DNA of 30,723 nucleotides from Candidatus Poseidoniaceae archaeon (GCA_013329925.1 DUJK01000121.1:1-30723); one strand, 5' to 3'. Numbered from the stretch's first letter, positions 18,358-27,348 are shown. The notes: generated by a model not told the origin, from the letters alone. Program-made: numbers and translations.

Positions 18358-19707
18358 ATGGAGATTAGTTTGCAAAATTATGAGTTCGGCAAAGAATCTG
18401 ATTTAGATGGCATGCCGTTAACCGATAGGATTAGTGAATTTGTTGATCAATTACCACATGAATTAACCGCTGTTCTCAATAAAATTTCTTTGGCTAACGG
18501 TGGAGCATGGTTAGTGGGCGGTGCTGTTAGAGACGCGGCATTGGGGATATATCCAAATGATATCGACATTGCAACTGACCTTGAACCTGCTAGATTGCTA
18601 ACTCTTTTTCCCAACGCAATAGCGACTGGTATTGCATTTGGCACAATAACTATCAAATCGGGAGAATATCAGTTTCAAACTACAACATTAAGATCAGAAG
18701 AAAATTACTTAGATAATCGAAGACCTAACTCGGTTAATTGGGAAACTTCGTTGAAAAGTGATTTAGAAAGACGCGACTTTACCATTAACTCAATGGCAAT
18801 TGATGTGGCGAGGCGAATGCTCTACGACCCCCACAACGGCTTAACAGATTTAGATAACAAAATTATCAGATGTGTTGGAAATCCTATGCAAAGGATTTCA
18901 GAGGATGCATTAAGAATGCTTAGGGCATATCGATTTTTAGGCCATCGAGGAAATAGAGTATGGCAACTAGAAAGCCAACTTAAAATTGCGATAAAGAATA
19001 ACTCTTTCTTAATAAGAGATTTAGCCAGAGAGAGGATATGGCAGGAACTCAAGAAAATACTAAACTCAAGTGTGGCGTGTGAAATCGTTGATCAAATGCT
19101 TGAAAATGACATTCTTGATCATATTTTTGATTGCAAAATTGATAATAAATTACAGCTAAGAAATGCTCTTAGTGATTGTAAACTACTAGATTATATCTCG
19201 CTTCTAGTTGTGATTCTTAGCAACAGGCCCAATAAAGAAATCATCCAAATATGTCAATCATTAAAATTACCAAACAAGGACCTAAGAATAATTAGAAAAA
19301 TGTTAGATTATCAAGGTAGATTACCAAGTATCGAAAAGTCCGAATTAAGATTATTCCGACATCTATTATCTGAACGCTGGGAGCAACAATTGCAATATGA
19401 ATTAATTATTAGGAAAAATTTGTTGACAAATTATGGTGATATAGATTATTTCCAGATTATTTCCATTATTGAGGGGATTCAAAAGTTGAAGCCATTGAAA
19501 AAAGACCAACAAATAATTGACGGACACTGGTTAATGGCGGCAACAAATTTGCCCAAAGGTGAGCGTTTAGGTCGGCTAAAAGAGTGGTTGTATCGATTAC
19601 AAATTGAGCATGACTTATCAACGATACACGAGGTTAATGAATTACTTTGTAAGATTCAATGGCTGGATGAGGATTTCCGTTCATGGCCAAAATTGTCAAT
19701 GGTATGA
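18358..19707 (+). CDS. cca: Class II (bacterial/eukaryotic-type) tRNA nucleotidyltransferase
   Basis: LVGGAVRD, DIDIAT (DxD), DLERRDFTINSMA, EDALRMLRAYRF, ERIWQELKKIL. Confidence 0.9.
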   Translation: MEISLQNYEFGKESDLDGMPLTDRISEFVDQLPHELTAVLNKISLANGGAWLVGGAVRDAALGIYPNDIDIATDLEPARLLTLFPNAIATGIAFGTITIKSGEYQFQTTTLRSEENYLDNRRPNSVNWETSLKSDLERRDFTINSMAIDVARRMLYDPHNGLTDLDNKIIRCVGNPMQRISEDALRMLRAYRFLGHRGNRVWQLESQLKIAIKNNSFLIRDLARERIWQELKKILNSSVACEIVDQMLENDILDHIFDCKIDNKLQLRNALSDCKLLDYISLLVVILSNRPNKEIIQICQSLKLPNKDLRIIRKMLDYQGRLPSIEKSELRLFRHLLSERWEQQLQYELIIRKNLLTNYGDIDYFQIISIIEGIQKLKPLKKDQQIIDGHWLMAATNLPKGERLGRLKEWLYRLQIEHDLSTIHEVNELLCKIQWLDEDFRSWPKLSMV

Positions 19708-19746
19708 AGGCACCAAATTGAATAAGATGAATTCCCACGGATTATC

Positions 19747-20823
19747 ATGTTCAGTGGACGAATCTCAGAAATGGTTGCTAAGCAAATTGAAAATAAAATT
19801 GCCGAAAGGGGTGATTTGACTTCTCTAAGTGATTCTGAATTATCACAATTGGCGATTGAATTTGTTGGCGATGCACCGCCTTCGCATGTTCCTAGAGAAA
19901 CAGTAATTCAAATTCTATCACAACAACCAGAAATCACCGCATGGCGCTCCCAGATTGCCGATAAAGCAAAAAAGGCTGCACAAGAAAAAGTGTCTCAAAT
20001 AGTTTCCAATGTAGACCCTAGGATGGCTGAAATGATTAAACAACAATTTGGCCAATGGCTACAAAACTCCGGCCTGACAACTGCTGAAATAACCACGAAA
20101 ATTGACACCAATAGTGATGGCATGCTGAGCCGTAATGAATTGAATAATTTTATCGAAAACTTATCTGGAAGTAAGCCACCAGAGTGGGTATCTGATACAG
20201 TGATCTCGATATTAGATGTTGATGGAAATGGCGTAATTGAAGTCCAAGAATTGTGGGCATATCTTGAATCCATAGGTTTTGAGAAACCCGTAATTGTTGA
20301 CCCTATTGCCGAGGAAGAAGTTAAACAAACAATAGACGAAGAAGAGTTCGAGGAAATGCTTGAAGAGATTGAAACTCCACCAGTTGAAATAAATGAAGAA
20401 CCGGTTTTGGAAGAAATAGAACTCTCGAATGATATTCATCAAGAACAAGTTGAAATTGAACTAGAGGAACAAACACCTTCTGTTACTACCTCTATAGAAA
20501 AAACAATTGAGACTTTACAGTCAACTAGACTCCATAGTGAAGCAAACTCTGTAATAGATGCTTCAGAACCTGGTAGATGCTCACTAAGCATCCAAAGGGT
20601 TGAGAGGAATCTAATGGTTATGGATAATTATCGTGGGGGTATGACAATAGTTGGAGTCTTGGATAATGGACCTTATAGTGTGTCTGTATTATTCGAGCCT
20701 GAATACAACGATATTATAGAGAATTCAGCAGGTAAAACAGCTAACTTTATTGGAAAGTTACATGAATGGTCTAGTGGTCTTAGAGAGGCTAAATTAAAAG
20801 GCACCGACTTGCAAATAAACTAG
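19747..20823 (+). CDS. Paired EF-hand protein with acidic linker and beta-rich (OB-like) C-terminal domain
   Basis: Two canonical 12-residue loops: DTNSDGMLSRNE (residues 120-131) and DVDGNGVIEVQE (residues 157-168). Confidence 0.8.
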   Translation: MFSGRISEMVAKQIENKIAERGDLTSLSDSELSQLAIEFVGDAPPSHVPRETVIQILSQQPEITAWRSQIADKAKKAAQEKVSQIVSNVDPRMAEMIKQQFGQWLQNSGLTTAEITTKIDTNSDGMLSRNELNNFIENLSGSKPPEWVSDTVISILDVDGNGVIEVQELWAYLESIGFEKPVIVDPIAEEEVKQTIDEEEFEEMLEEIETPPVEINEEPVLEEIELSNDIHQEQVEIELEEQTPSVTTSIEKTIETLQSTRLHSEANSVIDASEPGRCSLSIQRVERNLMVMDNYRGGMTIVGVLDNGPYSVSVLFEPEYNDIIENSAGKTANFIGKLHEWSSGLREAKLKGTDLQIN

Positions 20824-20825
20824 AT

Positions 20826-21995
20826 TTATTTTAAAGATCGAGCTATCACAATTCTCTGTACTTCTTGGGTACCTTCGTAAATTTGAGTTATTTTGGCATC
20901 ACGGAAGAATCTTTCAACTGGGAATTCCTTGGTGTAGCCATAACCTCCAAGCACTTGTATGGCTCTTTCTGTTACCCACATTGCGGTATCACCAGCATAT
21001 AGTTTAGCCATACTAGCCTCTTGCGTATGTCGTTTGCCACCGTTTTCATAGTGCTCTTGTTTAGCCCAAGATGCTCGATAGACTAATTGTCTGGCGGCTT
21101 CTATCCTGGTTGCCATGTCCGCCAAGTAGGACATTATCATTTGGTGATGAGCTATTGGTTTACCAAATGCTTCTCTTTCATGAGCGTAATTAAGGGCGGA
21201 TTCGTAAGCCCCTTGGGCAATTCCTAATGCTTGAGCTGCAATACCGATTCTACTGTTATCTAAAGCATTCATAGCAATAGGAAATCCATTGCCAATACCT
21301 TTTAGCACATTTTCAACAGGTACTTTACAATCATTGAGTACTAACGTACATGTGTCGGATGATCTAATACCCAACTTGTCCTCTTTCTTACCGACGTTAA
21401 ATCCTTCAAAGGTTGATTCTACGATAAATGCAGTTGTTCCGCCGTGCCTCTTTGTACCGTAATCAGGGTGATCAACATCCTTAGCAAACAGAACCAAAAT
21501 TTTGGCTTGTGCACCATTAGTAACCCACATCTTTTCACCGTTTAGAATAAAATGTGAACCATCTTCAGATAGTTTTGCCTTGCAAATCATTGCTGCTGCA
21601 TCGGTTCCTGCACCTGCTTCGGATAGTGAGTAAGCACCTACTTCGCCAGCTGCGAGCCTTGGCAAATACTTTGATTTCTGTTGTTCATCACCATGTAGCG
21701 ATATGGTTTTTGCGCATAGACCGACATGGACGCAAAACATAACACCAAACGATGGATCAACTCTTGACAGTTCTTCCACAATTATAGATTCTGATATATC
21801 GTCGACTGGAGAACCACCGTAATCTTCAGGAATAGTAACACCCTGTAGGCCGTATTCTAGAAATTGTTGCCATTCTTCTGATGGAGGTTGTTGATTGCTA
21901 TCTCTGTGCTCGACTGTAGGTGCTAAAACCGTTTCCGCAAAGTCTCTAACTAGTTCTCTAATCATTTGTTGTTCATCGCTTTCTGCGTAATCCAT
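20826..21995 (-). CDS. Acyl-CoA dehydrogenase (short/branched-chain type)
   Basis: YSLSEAGAGTDA, LNGEKMWVTNG, KLGIRSSDT, EREAFGKPIA, IQVLGGYGY, IYEGTQEVQR. ATG at 21995 is preferred over the ORF-track start at 22016. Confidence 0.96.
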   Translation of the reverse strand: MDYAESDEQQMIRELVRDFAETVLAPTVEHRDSNQQPPSEEWQQFLEYGLQGVTIPEDYGGSPVDDISESIIVEELSRVDPSFGVMFCVHVGLCAKTISLHGDEQQKSKYLPRLAAGEVGAYSLSEAGAGTDAAAMICKAKLSEDGSHFILNGEKMWVTNGAQAKILVLFAKDVDHPDYGTKRHGGTTAFIVESTFEGFNVGKKEDKLGIRSSDTCTLVLNDCKVPVENVLKGIGNGFPIAMNALDNSRIGIAAQALGIAQGAYESALNYAHEREAFGKPIAHHQMIMSYLADMATRIEAARQLVYRASWAKQEHYENGGKRHTQEASMAKLYAGDTAMWVTERAIQVLGGYGYTKEFPVERFFRDAKITQIYEGTQEVQRIVIARSLK

Positions 21996-22100
21996 GACTC
22001 TCCCCAGTATATCCAAAAGGCCAACTCACTTAACCCGTTTGCTTAGAGAAAATGGCGTTTTTCCCAAATTGTTCATATAGGATGCCCATGAGCCGCGCTT

Positions 22101-22106
22101 AGGAGG
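22101..22106 (+). promoter_or_regulatory. Shine-Dalgarno AGGAGG before the TTG start of the gcvH-like gene
   Basis: AGGAGG, then 7 nt, then TTG at 22114. Confidence 0.75.
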
Positions 22107-22113
22107 AATCATT

Positions 22114-22515
22114 TTGGATGAAGAAACCGTTGAATTTAATGTAGCACATAATAGGAAATACTCTACTGATCACTTATGGTATCAAGAGAAAGATGACCGT
22201 TTGATGATTGGCGTGAGTGAATTCCTAAAATTAGAGATTGGAGAAGTACTGAGAATAATTTTGCCCCAAGCCGAGACCGAGGTTGATGAAGGCGATGGGA
22301 TGTTTTCAATATGGACTGCAGAAGAAAAGAAGCCATTCCCTGCGCCATTCTCAGGGCTGATTGCCGAAGTTAATGGCGAAGTAGAAATCAATCCAGATTT
22401 GGCTAATGATTCAGCCTATGACCTGGGTTGGGTTATTATCCTAGAACCTCACAATTTAGATTTAGAATTATTATTAGACCCGGATGAATATGTCGAATAT
22501 CTTGCAGAACTTTGA
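22114..22515 (+). CDS. Glycine cleavage H-protein-like (lipoyl-domain fold) lacking the lipoyl-lysine
   Basis: YSTDHLW, IGVSEF, IG-V, LP, APFSG..EVN, NPDLANDSAYDLGW align with GcvH. The ESVK motif reads WTAE. Confidence 0.82.
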   Translation: MDEETVEFNVAHNRKYSTDHLWYQEKDDRLMIGVSEFLKLEIGEVLRIILPQAETEVDEGDGMFSIWTAEEKKPFPAPFSGLIAEVNGEVEINPDLANDSAYDLGWVIILEPHNLDLELLLDPDEYVEYLAEL

Positions 22516-22532
22516 TGGCACAGGTGACCATC

Positions 22533-23102
22533 ATGGAAGAAATTGAAGTCTTAAAGCAGAGTTTCATCAAGGCTCCAATTATTTGGAAAGGCGATTATCC
22601 TTATTTTATCCATCCAATCACGGACGGAGTTCCAAGATTAGAACCCGATGTCCTCAAGGCTATTATTGAACTCTCAGTTCCTTTGATAGACTGGCAAAGT
22701 GTTGATATGATTCTTGGAATTGAAGCAATGGGTCTTCCTCTAATGGCACCACTATCAATGAGAACTGGAATCCCCATGGTAATTGCTCGAAAACGTCAAT
22801 ATGATCTAAAAGGTGAAATCGAAATCAACCAAGAAACCGGTTATTCAAAAGGAAGCATATTCCTTAATGACATCAAGCAAGGTGAAAATTTAGTGATTAT
22901 AGATGACGTATTATCAACTGGTGGAACCATCAGATCAGTCATCGAAGGAGTGAATAAAACTGGTGCAGTAATTCAAAACATCGTAGTTGTTGTTGAAAAA
23001 GGACCAGGTATGGCAGCTCTTCAGAAGGATTATCCAGAAATAAGGTTCGATTCCTTAGTAAAACTAGAGATGGATGGAGAAAGGGTTGTCATTCTTGACT
23101 GA
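22533..23102 (+). CDS. hpt: Archaeal hypoxanthine/guanine phosphoribosyltransferase
   Basis: YPYFIHPITDGVP, IEAMGLP, ARKRQY, TGYSKG, IIDDVLSTGGT (PRPP motif). AGGTGA SD lies 5 nt before the ATG at 22533. Confidence 0.88.
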   Translation: MEEIEVLKQSFIKAPIIWKGDYPYFIHPITDGVPRLEPDVLKAIIELSVPLIDWQSVDMILGIEAMGLPLMAPLSMRTGIPMVIARKRQYDLKGEIEINQETGYSKGSIFLNDIKQGENLVIIDDVLSTGGTIRSVIEGVNKTGAVIQNIVVVVEKGPGMAALQKDYPEIRFDSLVKLEMDGERVVILD

Positions 23103-23114
23103 GGAAGTGATTTA

Positions 23115-24224
23115 TTGGATTTAAACAGGCACGACTTTAAGTTAGATGATTTGGTTGAAAAAATAAAATTAAACGACAACCGTTTAATTGCTTTACAAGT
23201 ACCTGAAGGCCTAAAAATGCAAGCTCTTGAAATGATGGATGAAATTGAAACTGAAACAAGTGCAAAGGTTGTCTTAGCCGCAGACCCATGCTACGGTGCT
23301 TGTGATTTAGTGCATGATAAAATGAAAATGATGGGCATAGAACTAGTTGCTCATATGGGACATTCACAAATGAACATTGATTCAGGCATGCCAACTGAAT
23401 TCATTGATGTGACATATGATGGTGACCCTGAATTAAAACCTGTAATACCGACTCTAAACAAACATCTTGCTATGGCTAGAGAAAGAATGGCAAATCAGCA
23501 TGACAATGCAACACTTTCAGAAGAAGCAGCACAAGAAAAATTCATGGACGCGGTTGGAAGAATGGCTCCCCTAACCGATACAAAACTTGGCTTGGTCGGA
23601 TCAATACAGCACTTACATCTACTGCCTGACTTCCACGATAGGCTTGAAGCTGCAGGCTATGATGTTACTATTCCAATTGGTGGAGCAAGACTATCATTCC
23701 CAGGTCAAGTACTCGGCTGTAATTATTCTGGTGACGATCCAAGTATTGGACATTACCTGTTTTTGGGTTCGGGAGATTTCCATCCAATTGGTTTAGTTCT
23801 TCATACTGGAAAACCATTGGCAATGCTCGATCCATACTCTGGAGATGCGCAAGAAATGTCATTTGAAAGAATTGAAAGAATACTTAGACAGCGGTTCGGC
23901 TTGATAATGTCTAGCCAAGACTGTCAGTCTTTTGGCATATTGATTGGTGAAAAACCTGGACAAATGAGAAGAACGCTTGCTTTGAGAATGAAAAGAATGT
24001 TAGAAAAACATGGTAAAAAAGGTTACTTATTAGCACTCGAACATATCGGCCCTGAGTTAATTGATTTCTATCCTGTTGACGCTTTTGTCAATACTGCATG
24101 CCCTAGAATTGCTATTGATGATGCGGTAAGATATCGAAAACCGCTGATTACTCCATTTGAATTAGAAGTTGCTCTGGGTGAGAAGAAATGGGAAACTGGA
24201 TATATGTTTGATGAGATTCCTTGA
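23115..24224 (+). CDS. dph2: Diphthamide biosynthesis enzyme Dph2 (2-(3-amino-3-carboxypropyl)histidine synthase)
   Basis: LQVPEGLK, CYGACD, GQVLGC, TACPR (three Fe-S Cys motifs). TTG start with an upstream GAGG/GTGA SD. Confidence 0.95.
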   Translation: MDLNRHDFKLDDLVEKIKLNDNRLIALQVPEGLKMQALEMMDEIETETSAKVVLAADPCYGACDLVHDKMKMMGIELVAHMGHSQMNIDSGMPTEFIDVTYDGDPELKPVIPTLNKHLAMARERMANQHDNATLSEEAAQEKFMDAVGRMAPLTDTKLGLVGSIQHLHLLPDFHDRLEAAGYDVTIPIGGARLSFPGQVLGCNYSGDDPSIGHYLFLGSGDFHPIGLVLHTGKPLAMLDPYSGDAQEMSFERIERILRQRFGLIMSSQDCQSFGILIGEKPGQMRRTLALRMKRMLEKHGKKGYLLALEHIGPELIDFYPVDAFVNTACPRIAIDDAVRYRKPLITPFELEVALGEKKWETGYMFDEIP

Positions 24225-24297
24225 CCGATAAAATATCCATTATTTCACATTGTTAAAGCGTATATTCAATAACGGTTGGCGTAACCCTTCCGATGTT

Positions 24298-25494
24298 ATG
24301 AGTGGCTATCTTGACCGAATTGGTGCCGGTTACGTAATCAAAGACCCAGGGCCTTTGGATTTTGATCATTTACCTGAAAGCATTGTTGGAAGAGAAGATT
24401 TTCAAAATAAGTTAGCCGCTAGGTTTTCTTCTATAGACAAACCTGAGACAAGTTGCAGGGCAGTTATATCAGGTCCAGTGGGGTCCGGCAAAACTGTTCT
24501 TGTCAAAACATTCTGTCGTGATCTTAAACGACATTTAGCCAATAGAAGAGAAATTCGCATAGCTCATGTCAACTGCCGCAACGCATCAACTAGCACTAGA
24601 GTTGTTCAAAGAATACTACACGCAATAGATCCTGGACACCCTGATAGAGGACTATCAATGGGAGAGTTACTACTGAGTTTAAGGAAATTAACTCGACGTA
24701 ATTCTGCTCATCTAATCGTAATATTGGATGAAGTTGACCACATGTTAAGAAGATCCGGTGATGATATTCTATACCAACTACTCCGAATTGATGAAGACCA
24801 AGAAGGCAAAGGCACACTTTCACTAATTCTAATAAGCCAAGAACAAATTATCGATGTATTAGAGACTGCTGTCCTATCAAGGATGGGTAAGACTAACTTA
24901 ATTCAAATCCCATCATATGATGAAGAGGGATTGTATAAAATTACCAAGCAGCGAGTTGATTTGGCCTTGACCAACGGTTCGTGTTCTGATGACATAATTA
25001 GACTTATAGCACAAAAATCTGCCCCATTAGGAGATGCAAGATTAGCGATTGAATTACTAAAAGCTGCAGCAGAGGCTTGTGAAATAAGACAAGATGATCA
25101 TTCACTTAGAGAAATCAGCGCTGATGATGTTCACTCAAAAGACAAAGAACTTTCAGTTGATGTTGTTAGTGAAATAGATGCATTAGAGAATCTTCAATCT
25201 CACGCAATGTTAGTTCTTCTAGCAATTTGTCGAAGACTCAGAAAGGAGAGTTCTATGACTACAGGAGATGTAGAAAATCTATATGCCGTGGTTTGTGAGG
25301 AGTATGATGAAAAAATGAAGAGTCATACCACATTATGGAAATACCTCAAAGAGCTAGAGAAACGTCAATTAATCGTTACTAGGATATCGACTGTTACCGG
25401 AGGGAGAGGAAGAACTACTCACCTTTCAATGCCGCATTTCTTACCAAGTGACATTGCTAAAAGATTAGAAATGCTGGTAAAAAGGCAATTATGA
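24298..25494 (+). CDS. cdc6: Orc1/Cdc6 replication initiator family AAA+ protein
   Basis: GPVGSGKT (Walker A), VNCR, IVILDEVD (Walker B), GDARLAI (sensor 2), C-terminal winged helix ..LWKYLKELEKRQLI..GGRGRT. ATG at 24298 is preferred because an AT-rich TATA-like element lies at 24261-24273; the ORF-track start is TTG at 24250. Confidence 0.93.
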   Translation: MSGYLDRIGAGYVIKDPGPLDFDHLPESIVGREDFQNKLAARFSSIDKPETSCRAVISGPVGSGKTVLVKTFCRDLKRHLANRREIRIAHVNCRNASTSTRVVQRILHAIDPGHPDRGLSMGELLLSLRKLTRRNSAHLIVILDEVDHMLRRSGDDILYQLLRIDEDQEGKGTLSLILISQEQIIDVLETAVLSRMGKTNLIQIPSYDEEGLYKITKQRVDLALTNGSCSDDIIRLIAQKSAPLGDARLAIELLKAAAEACEIRQDDHSLREISADDVHSKDKELSVDVVSEIDALENLQSHAMLVLLAICRRLRKESSMTTGDVENLYAVVCEEYDEKMKSHTTLWKYLKELEKRQLIVTRISTVTGGRGRTTHLSMPHFLPSDIAKRLEMLVKRQL

Positions 25495-25573
25495 CGGCTG
25501 ATTTAACTCAACGTTTTATGCGGTGAGCATAAATATAGGTCACTGTTCGGCAACTTGTCTTAGAGGCGTTAAC

Positions 25574-26065
25574 ATGGCTACAGGTCAACAAGGAGAACTC
25601 GTTGCTGTCGTAAATGACACAAACCCAAAGAGTAACGGCAAAGCCTACTCAGTGAAAATAAGTGGTAACAATCACTCTCAATTACTCGGAAAGAAAATTG
25701 GCGATGTTGTTGATGGTATTTTTGTCGGAGAAGGCGACCAAACACTCTCTGGATACAAACTACAAATCACCGGTGGTTCTGACAAAACTGGAACACCTCT
25801 TAGAAGAGATTTAGCGGGTGGCTCACGCCAGTCAATCCTAGTTACTGCCTCAACTGGTTTCAAGGGACACAGTATAGTATTCAAGAATAAAGGTGGAGAA
25901 AATAAGCGATTCCGTTACAAACCTGACGGACTAAGGAAGCGTAGAAACTTCCGTGGCAACACTATTAATCAAGATACACGACAAGTTAATCTCAAGGTTA
26001 TCGAAGCAGGCAAGAAAGCACTATCAGACATTCTTGCATCTGAAAGCGAGGAAACATCGGAGTGA
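25574..26065 (+). CDS. rps6e: 30S ribosomal protein S6e
   Basis: LLGKKIGDVVDG, LQITGGSDKTGTPLR, RGNTI, QVNLKV. ATG at 25574 has a GAGG SD upstream. Confidence 0.95.
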   Translation: MATGQQGELVAVVNDTNPKSNGKAYSVKISGNNHSQLLGKKIGDVVDGIFVGEGDQTLSGYKLQITGGSDKTGTPLRRDLAGGSRQSILVTASTGFKGHSIVFKNKGGENKRFRYKPDGLRKRRNFRGNTINQDTRQVNLKVIEAGKKALSDILASESEETSE

Positions 26066-26101
26066 ATCCCGAGAGGGTTTTCGTAGTAGGGGTTGACGGG
26101 A

Positions 26102-27340
26102 ATGGCAAGAAAACTTCCCGAACAACCAACTGTAAACATTGGACTAGTAGGCCACGTCGATCACGGTAAAACTACCTTGACAAAAGCTCTTTCAGGAGTT
26201 TGGACTGATACTCATTCTGAAGAGAGGAAAAGAGGCATATCGATTAAACTTGGATATGCTGATACTGCATTTTACCAAACTAGTGATGGCACTTACTACG
26301 CTACTGGAAAACACCCAGAAGGTAAGAAAGACTCTCCTGATGAGTTACAAAGAGTCGTTTCCTTTGTCGATGCGCCAGGTCACGAGACATTAATGGCAAT
26401 AATGATAACTGGTGCTTCAATAATGGATGGCGCAATGTTGATGATTGCGGCCAATGAAAAATGCCCCCAACCTCAAACTCGAGAACATTTGATGGCGTTG
26501 AATATGTCTGGAATCAAAAATATTGTAGTTGTTCAAAATAAGATTGATTTAGTCAGTCGGGAACGTGCAATTGAATCCCACCAAGAAATTAAGGAATTTT
26601 TGAGCGGTACCTTGGCAGAAAATGCACCTATAATACCTGTATCTGCTCACCATGACGTTAATCTGGATATTCTTATTGGTGCCATAGAAAACACGATTCC
26701 AACACCAAAGCGTGATGAAAAGGAAAAGCCATTAATGCATGTTGCAAGATCATTTGACATCAATCGCCCAGGCACCAGGCCAGCAAAACTGCTTGGTGGA
26801 GTAATTGGCGGCAGTATTGTCAGAGGCGAATTTAAAGTTGGGGACAAGGTCGAAATTGGACCTGGAAGAAAAATTGAACAAGGGTCAAAAACCAGATGGG
26901 AACCTATTTCTGCTACTGTTACAAGTATGCAGGGTGGTGGTTTAGCGTTAGAAAAAATGCATGCTGGAGGTCTTTGTGGCCTTGCAACTAAGCTTGATCC
27001 ATCAATCACCACTTCAGATAATTTATCTGGACAAGTAGTATCTTTGGAAGGTGAATTACCTGAAGTAAGGTCTGAATTAGAAATATCTGTTCACTTGATG
27101 GAATCAATGGTTTCTTCGGAATTGGATAAACCTGAGAAAATTCAACCTCTAAGAAATAATGAAATGCTGATGATTAATGTAGCAACTGCAACATCTGTTG
27201 GCGTAACTAGAAGAGCTGAAAAGACGAGGACTGCATTAGAATTAAGACTACCAATCTGTGTTGATTCTGGTGAACGTGTTTCCCTTTCAAGAAGAATCGG
27301 TTCTCGCTGGCGATTAATTGGATACGGCATAATACAATAG
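26102..27340 (+). CDS. eif2g: Translation initiation factor 2 subunit gamma (aIF2g)
   Basis: GHVDHGKTT, RGISIKLGY, DAPGHE, PQPQTREH, QNKID, ARSFDINRPG, RWRLIGYG. Confidence 0.98.
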   Translation: MARKLPEQPTVNIGLVGHVDHGKTTLTKALSGVWTDTHSEERKRGISIKLGYADTAFYQTSDGTYYATGKHPEGKKDSPDELQRVVSFVDAPGHETLMAIMITGASIMDGAMLMIAANEKCPQPQTREHLMALNMSGIKNIVVVQNKIDLVSRERAIESHQEIKEFLSGTLAENAPIIPVSAHHDVNLDILIGAIENTIPTPKRDEKEKPLMHVARSFDINRPGTRPAKLLGGVIGGSIVRGEFKVGDKVEIGPGRKIEQGSKTRWEPISATVTSMQGGGLALEKMHAGGLCGLATKLDPSITTSDNLSGQVVSLEGELPEVRSELEISVHLMESMVSSELDKPEKIQPLRNNEMLMINVATATSVGVTRRAEKTRTALELRLPICVDSGERVSLSRRIGSRWRLIGYGIIQ

Positions 27341-27348
27341 GCGGTATA

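Noticed and set aside
24225-24297. Replication origin adjacent to cdc6
   Set aside because: The spacer is only about 73 bp and has no ORB or G-string repeats; it looks like a simple promoter.
26066-26101. Small GNRA hairpin (CCC-GAGA-GGG) or alternative TCCCG/CGGGA pairing before eif2g
   Set aside because: Stems of 3-5 bp are too short to distinguish from chance.
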